Shown piece after piece: positions 60,197-64,000 of a DNA stretch of 64,000 bases (position 1 is its first letter; every line of letters begins with the position of its first letter). Both the position numbers and the translations under genes were made by a program. The DNA is from Daphnia carinata (Eukaryota). The DNA lies in NCBI RefSeq assembly GCF_022539665.2, contig NC_081331.1, forward strand, positions 7,192,001 through 7,256,000. The letters run 5' to 3'. The notes beneath the pieces are model-generated. The model was not told the origin of the DNA. It saw nothing but the letters and a program-made list of their open reading frames with translations, and ran no database searches.

Positions 60197-62995
60197 ATGA
60201 CTGATAATATTTTCCACAGTAGGCCTAAACTTTCTCGAACGCCTGTTGCCGCTACTAACATTTCTGTTGAGGCCACTACACCTATTGACGAATCTGTAGC
60301 GAGAGCTATCAATTTTGAAGCATTACCCACTGCTAAGTCTGCCGTTGCTGATAAGTTTACGGGGTGTAAGACTTCCAATAGGAAAACAAACGCTATTAAA
60401 AAGTCCGCTTCCCCTGTTTTAAAACCAAGGGCGATTCCTGATAGCTCTCAGAAGAGGAAGTTAAGATCAAATTCCGCATACGAGTCGGTACCTGGTCTAG
60501 ACATATCGAACGCTCGCAAACCTCAGGTCCAGCGCACAGAGAAAACCTCGACTTTTACGAAGTCACCCTCCCTTTTAGACAGAATTGTAGGACATCTTTC
60601 GCCAAAACGAAGGTCCGTTTCCCAGCAAACTTCTCCCACCAAATCTTTCTCGATTGCCGTTTCGAATTTCTTTTCGGAAAAGAGAGCAGCCAATGGAAGA
60701 ACAGCTCAACGTGAGTCTCAAGCATCTTTTGCAAGAAGTCAAAAAGAACGAAAACAACATCTTTCAGTCACCGAAAAGCCAGCTGCCGTTCCTATTACTA
60801 ACCCTCCAAAGCCTCAAGGAGAGGGAGAAGGATTTTCAGTCAAGCGACCCGAAAATCTGGGATCACCTTGTCCAGTTGATGCTCGACGTCCAGAGGAATT
60901 ACCACGTGGAACAGCCGACGCAGACGAATTGGAAACAACCGAGGATTCTCCTGACGTACCTGACATCCATTCTGGAAGTGAAAGTCAGTGGACCGATACC
61001 GAAGAAGACGAAGAAGCAGACAGGGGAGGTTGTGACGGAGCTCAAGGGGATTTTCACCCGGCACGCGAGACAGGTTTTGACTTGTCTACACGGTCAAATC
61101 TACAATCTCATCGATCTGCAAAAGATCACACCAACGAGAGCGGGAAGAATTTTCGGGTTCGTTCCGAGAAAAGATATCGAAACCACCGACGAGGACGGCA
61201 GATACGTGGAGATAATCACCGTAGTGAGCGACATATCAATCCATCTGGAAGAAATCTTACTGGCATCACAACGAGCATTCTTGAAGGAAGTGAACAACCT
61301 AGCGTCGTACTTGGAAAAACTAAACTTAATCAACAATTTGGAGGTGCTGCAACCAGAAATTCAACTTCTCTTGGACAAACTGAACAATTTTCCGGAAGCC
61401 AACAACCCAGTCAACGCACAGGAGGCCAACAACATCAAACCACTAATCACGCAAACGGAAATACGATTGAAACAAGCGCTGTTGTGCATACAAACGAACA
61501 TTACCCAACTACAAGCCACACCGGCCCAACACACATCGCCGCTGTCGGAAACAACCTCGCAAGAACGGCGGACACACAGCAGACGCCAACGTTGCAGACG
61601 ATCAATCAATCGAATCGTTCCTCACATCCAACCCTCCAGACGACCGGAAGAGATACCAGAGGGCATCAGGCAATTTCGAGTGGCATTCCAGAACTCCCTC
61701 CGAATCCACAACGAGGAACAATAAATTTCCCTTCATTTAATCCAAACATGGCTAGTTCTTCATCCCCATCACGGGCAGCCACGGTCAACGACTTGAACGA
61801 TCTTCAGACTACCCAACATACCTTCGCGCGCTTACAACTGCTTCCTTCTTTTTCAGGGAGTCCAATTTCTCGTTTTGATTCCTGGATCGAATCCTTTGAA
61901 AGCGTAATTGAGGGGTCAGGATGGTCAGAGGAGAAGGTTATTCAGATGTTGCGAGCAAAAATGACTGATAAGGCTTTTTCCGTAGTGCAAAATATTGTCA
62001 AAGATCATCCTCATGACTATACGTCTATTAAAGAAGCTTTACTTGATCACTTTCACGGGGACGAAAACGTTGACTTGTATATTAAGAAATTTAATAAGGC
62101 TAAACGGAAACCGGGAGAAAAAATAATTGATTATGCTCATCGTCTTCAGGAAATCTTTAAAAAAGCGTATCCTGTAGGCCATATCGAGCGTTCCTTTTCA
62201 ATTATTCTCATGCAGAAATTTATCGAAGGTTTGGATTCCAAGTTACAGGCGAAAGTTAAGTACAAAGAATTTGGCGACTTTAACGCACTGGTTGCAACGA
62301 CACGCGTTTATGCTGTTCGCTTGGAAGCACTCGAATCTGACCGTGAAAAACATGAGTTTGTTAGGGCGATCGACGAGTCGAAAGGTGCAGAAAATACAGA
62401 ATTGCATGAGATTAAGCAGATGTTAATCGATCAGAAAGCAATAGTCAATCAGGCCGTCGCGAATATACGTCAAGGGAACAAGATCGTAGACACTCCGAAA
62501 TCGGAGAAGGATGAAATTAAAGACGCGCTGCGCGAGCTCAGTCAGGCGGTCAAACAACTCCAAATTAATAAGAAGGATAATGTTTCTTCTTCGGCGGGTG
62601 CCCCATATAAAAAAAGGGTATCATTTCAAACAGGCAACGGCAATCGGGAAAGGAACTGGAAGACAAACCCTCCACCTTTCCCTAAGAGTAACACCCACCC
62701 GTATCAAGGGGATAAGAACCAAAATAGGCCTACAAATTATATGCCATCTTCGCCAAGATCTGGTCATAATCCGAACAATGGGCCTATTGAGAATGTAATA
62801 ACTTGCAACTATTGTGGGTTTCGGGGTCACACACAATCGGAGTGCCGTAAATTTCAACGGTATATGTTGGAACAAGCACAGCCCCCAATTTGCTATTCTT
62901 GCCGTGAGATCGGCCATAAATCAAACAATTGTCCCAAGTATAGGGCCAGTAGGCCTAATATTCCGGGTCCCCCTCAGCATCAGGGAAACCAATAA
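60197..62995 (+). CDS. gag: Gag polyprotein with a long low-complexity N-terminal extension (capsid core from ~61748)
   Basis: LPSFSGS..FDSWIESFE..GWSEE; PGEKIIDYAHRL; KFIEGL; zinc knuckles CNYCGFRGHTQSEC and CYSCREIGHKSNNC. Confidence 0.9.
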   Translation: MTDNIFHSRPKLSRTPVAATNISVEATTPIDESVARAINFEALPTAKSAVADKFTGCKTSNRKTNAIKKSASPVLKPRAIPDSSQKRKLRSNSAYESVPGLDISNARKPQVQRTEKTSTFTKSPSLLDRIVGHLSPKRRSVSQQTSPTKSFSIAVSNFFSEKRAANGRTAQRESQASFARSQKERKQHLSVTEKPAAVPITNPPKPQGEGEGFSVKRPENLGSPCPVDARRPEELPRGTADADELETTEDSPDVPDIHSGSESQWTDTEEDEEADRGGCDGAQGDFHPARETGFDLSTRSNLQSHRSAKDHTNESGKNFRVRSEKRYRNHRRGRQIRGDNHRSERHINPSGRNLTGITTSILEGSEQPSVVLGKTKLNQQFGGAATRNSTSLGQTEQFSGSQQPSQRTGGQQHQTTNHANGNTIETSAVVHTNEHYPTTSHTGPTHIAAVGNNLARTADTQQTPTLQTINQSNRSSHPTLQTTGRDTRGHQAISSGIPELPPNPQRGTINFPSFNPNMASSSSPSRAATVNDLNDLQTTQHTFARLQLLPSFSGSPISRFDSWIESFESVIEGSGWSEEKVIQMLRAKMTDKAFSVVQNIVKDHPHDYTSIKEALLDHFHGDENVDLYIKKFNKAKRKPGEKIIDYAHRLQEIFKKAYPVGHIERSFSIILMQKFIEGLDSKLQAKVKYKEFGDFNALVATTRVYAVRLEALESDREKHEFVRAIDESKGAENTELHEIKQMLIDQKAIVNQAVANIRQGNKIVDTPKSEKDEIKDALRELSQAVKQLQINKKDNVSSSAGAPYKKRVSFQTGNGNRERNWKTNPPPFPKSNTHPYQGDKNQNRPTNYMPSSPRSGHNPNNGPIENVITCNYCGFRGHTQSECRKFQRYMLEQAQPPICYSCREIGHKSNNCPKYRASRPNIPGPPQHQGNQ
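60693..61724 (+). CDS. Overlapping alternative-frame ORF within the gag N-terminal extension (about 343 aa from its ATG)
   Basis: Stop-free for more than 1 kb in the +1 frame, with Leu/Glu/Lys-rich helical-looking sequence. It ends 23 nt before the internal gag ATG. Confidence 0.55.
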   Translation: MEEQLNVSLKHLLQEVKKNENNIFQSPKSQLPFLLLTLQSLKEREKDFQSSDPKIWDHLVQLMLDVQRNYHVEQPTQTNWKQPRILLTYLTSILEVKVSGPIPKKTKKQTGEVVTELKGIFTRHARQVLTCLHGQIYNLIDLQKITPTRAGRIFGFVPRKDIETTDEDGRYVEIITVVSDISIHLEEILLASQRAFLKEVNNLASYLEKLNLINNLEVLQPEIQLLLDKLNNFPEANNPVNAQEANNIKPLITQTEIRLKQALLCIQTNITQLQATPAQHTSPLSETTSQERRTHSRRQRCRRSINRIVPHIQPSRRPEEIPEGIRQFRVAFQNSLRIHNEEQ

Positions 62996-64000
62996 GTATC
63001 AACTGTAACTTCGGGTCAGTTGATAGGGTACCTCAGTTGAAATCCCGACAAGTTGCGAAATTAACAACAATAATAAACGAATCGACCCCCAGAATTCCAT
63101 TACAAATTTTTCAGATCCCTTTACAGGCATTATTTGACACAGGCGCGTCTAGAAGCATAATTCACGAGAAGATATTTCAAAAGCTTCCCTCGAGAAATCA
63201 AGTAACCTGCAGTCAGCTTGATTTCGATTTATACGATGTGGGAGATAACAAGTTGCATACGCTGGGTAAAGTTACATTGCCCGTACGTTACGGAGAGTCC
63301 GTTTTACGGCAAGAGTTCATTGTTACAAATGGTGTTTCTGAAGACTGTATCCTTGGATGGGATGCAATCCAGAAACACGGGTTTCGGCTTGACGGAGAAG
63401 CCAAACGTATTTACTTAGCCAGGGATGAGCAGGGATCAGCCATCTCTAGGGCACCAGACATGGCAATTACGACGGTCAAAAAGACGACGCTAGTTCGTCA
63501 GACGGCGCTCGTAATCGCAGCGCAAATGACAGGTTCATTTCCGTATGTCCCCCCTAATAGCACATTTATTTTTACCCCAGCAGAGGATTTGCCGGCCGGT
63601 ATTTTTATTGAAGAATTTGTTGGAACTGTATCGGGAGATGGGAAATATCAAATTATGGTCGAAAACCATTCGTTAAGTCAAGTCATACTTCCTAGGAATA
63701 CAACCTTAGGCCAAATCGAAGTAATTCATAACGTAATTGGTAAGATTGCCTTATGTCAACCAGAGGAAAAGCCTACACAAAAACGGGAGCTAGTTTTAAT
63801 TTCGGAAGTCGACGCTGAATTTCAAGCTCCGCTCTCAAGTTTATTAAATGACTTTCATGACTTGTTCGCAACAAAAGACTCGGAATTAGGGAGCACTAAT
63901 CTCATTAAGCATACGATCGATACCCAAGGAAGAGGCCCTATCCGGCAACGACCCTATCGAGTTACGAACCACCAAAGAAAGATACTGGAGGATAAAGTGC
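62983..64000 (+). CDS. pol: Pol (aspartic protease and start of RT), -1 frame relative to gag, partial
   Basis: Open from the GGGAAAC slippery site; ALFDTGASRSII; DCILGWD; IKHTIDTQGRGPIRQRPYR. Confidence 0.9.

Larger units (their letters stand above)
59138..64000 (+). mobile_element. Ty3/Gypsy LTR retrotransposon (5' LTR 59138-60162, gag, start of pol; cut off by the window end)
   Basis: TGTAA...TTACA LTR, PBS, gag with two CCHC knuckles, then protease followed directly by the RT lead-in. Confidence 0.92.

Overview
AT-rich, gene-dense eukaryotic DNA with many short GT-AG introns. It is most likely a branchiopod crustacean such as Daphnia; this is inferred from gene content and intron style. 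The window holds about 17 host genes: an LRR transmembrane protein, a decaying helical-repeat protein, Nup54, an ABCB1-type transporter with an apparent frameshift, CD2BP2, Rab7, GEN1, POLE4, RFT1, an orphan ORF, a neutral sphingomyelinase, a CUB protein, ZZZ3, a STYXL1-like pseudophosphatase, an AP5B1-like gene, GPATCH3 and DAP3. Several non-autonomous DNA transposons with readable TIRs and TSDs lie between them, and the right end is a nest of LTR elements ending in a Gypsy gag-pol. The most unusual feature is a 1.9-kb CATGGTGTA-ended element with a 7-bp TSD (P/Galileo-like, 42776-44655). It is filled with fragments of three unrelated host genes, two of them with introns retained, and is a candidate Pack-type gene-capturing transposon. 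Also notable are a ~1-kb dual-coding region upstream of the Gypsy gag core, a -1 frameshift site with a predicted pseudoknot, and two solo LTRs stacked at one ATAT target. Product names come from motif recognition only; no database searches were run.
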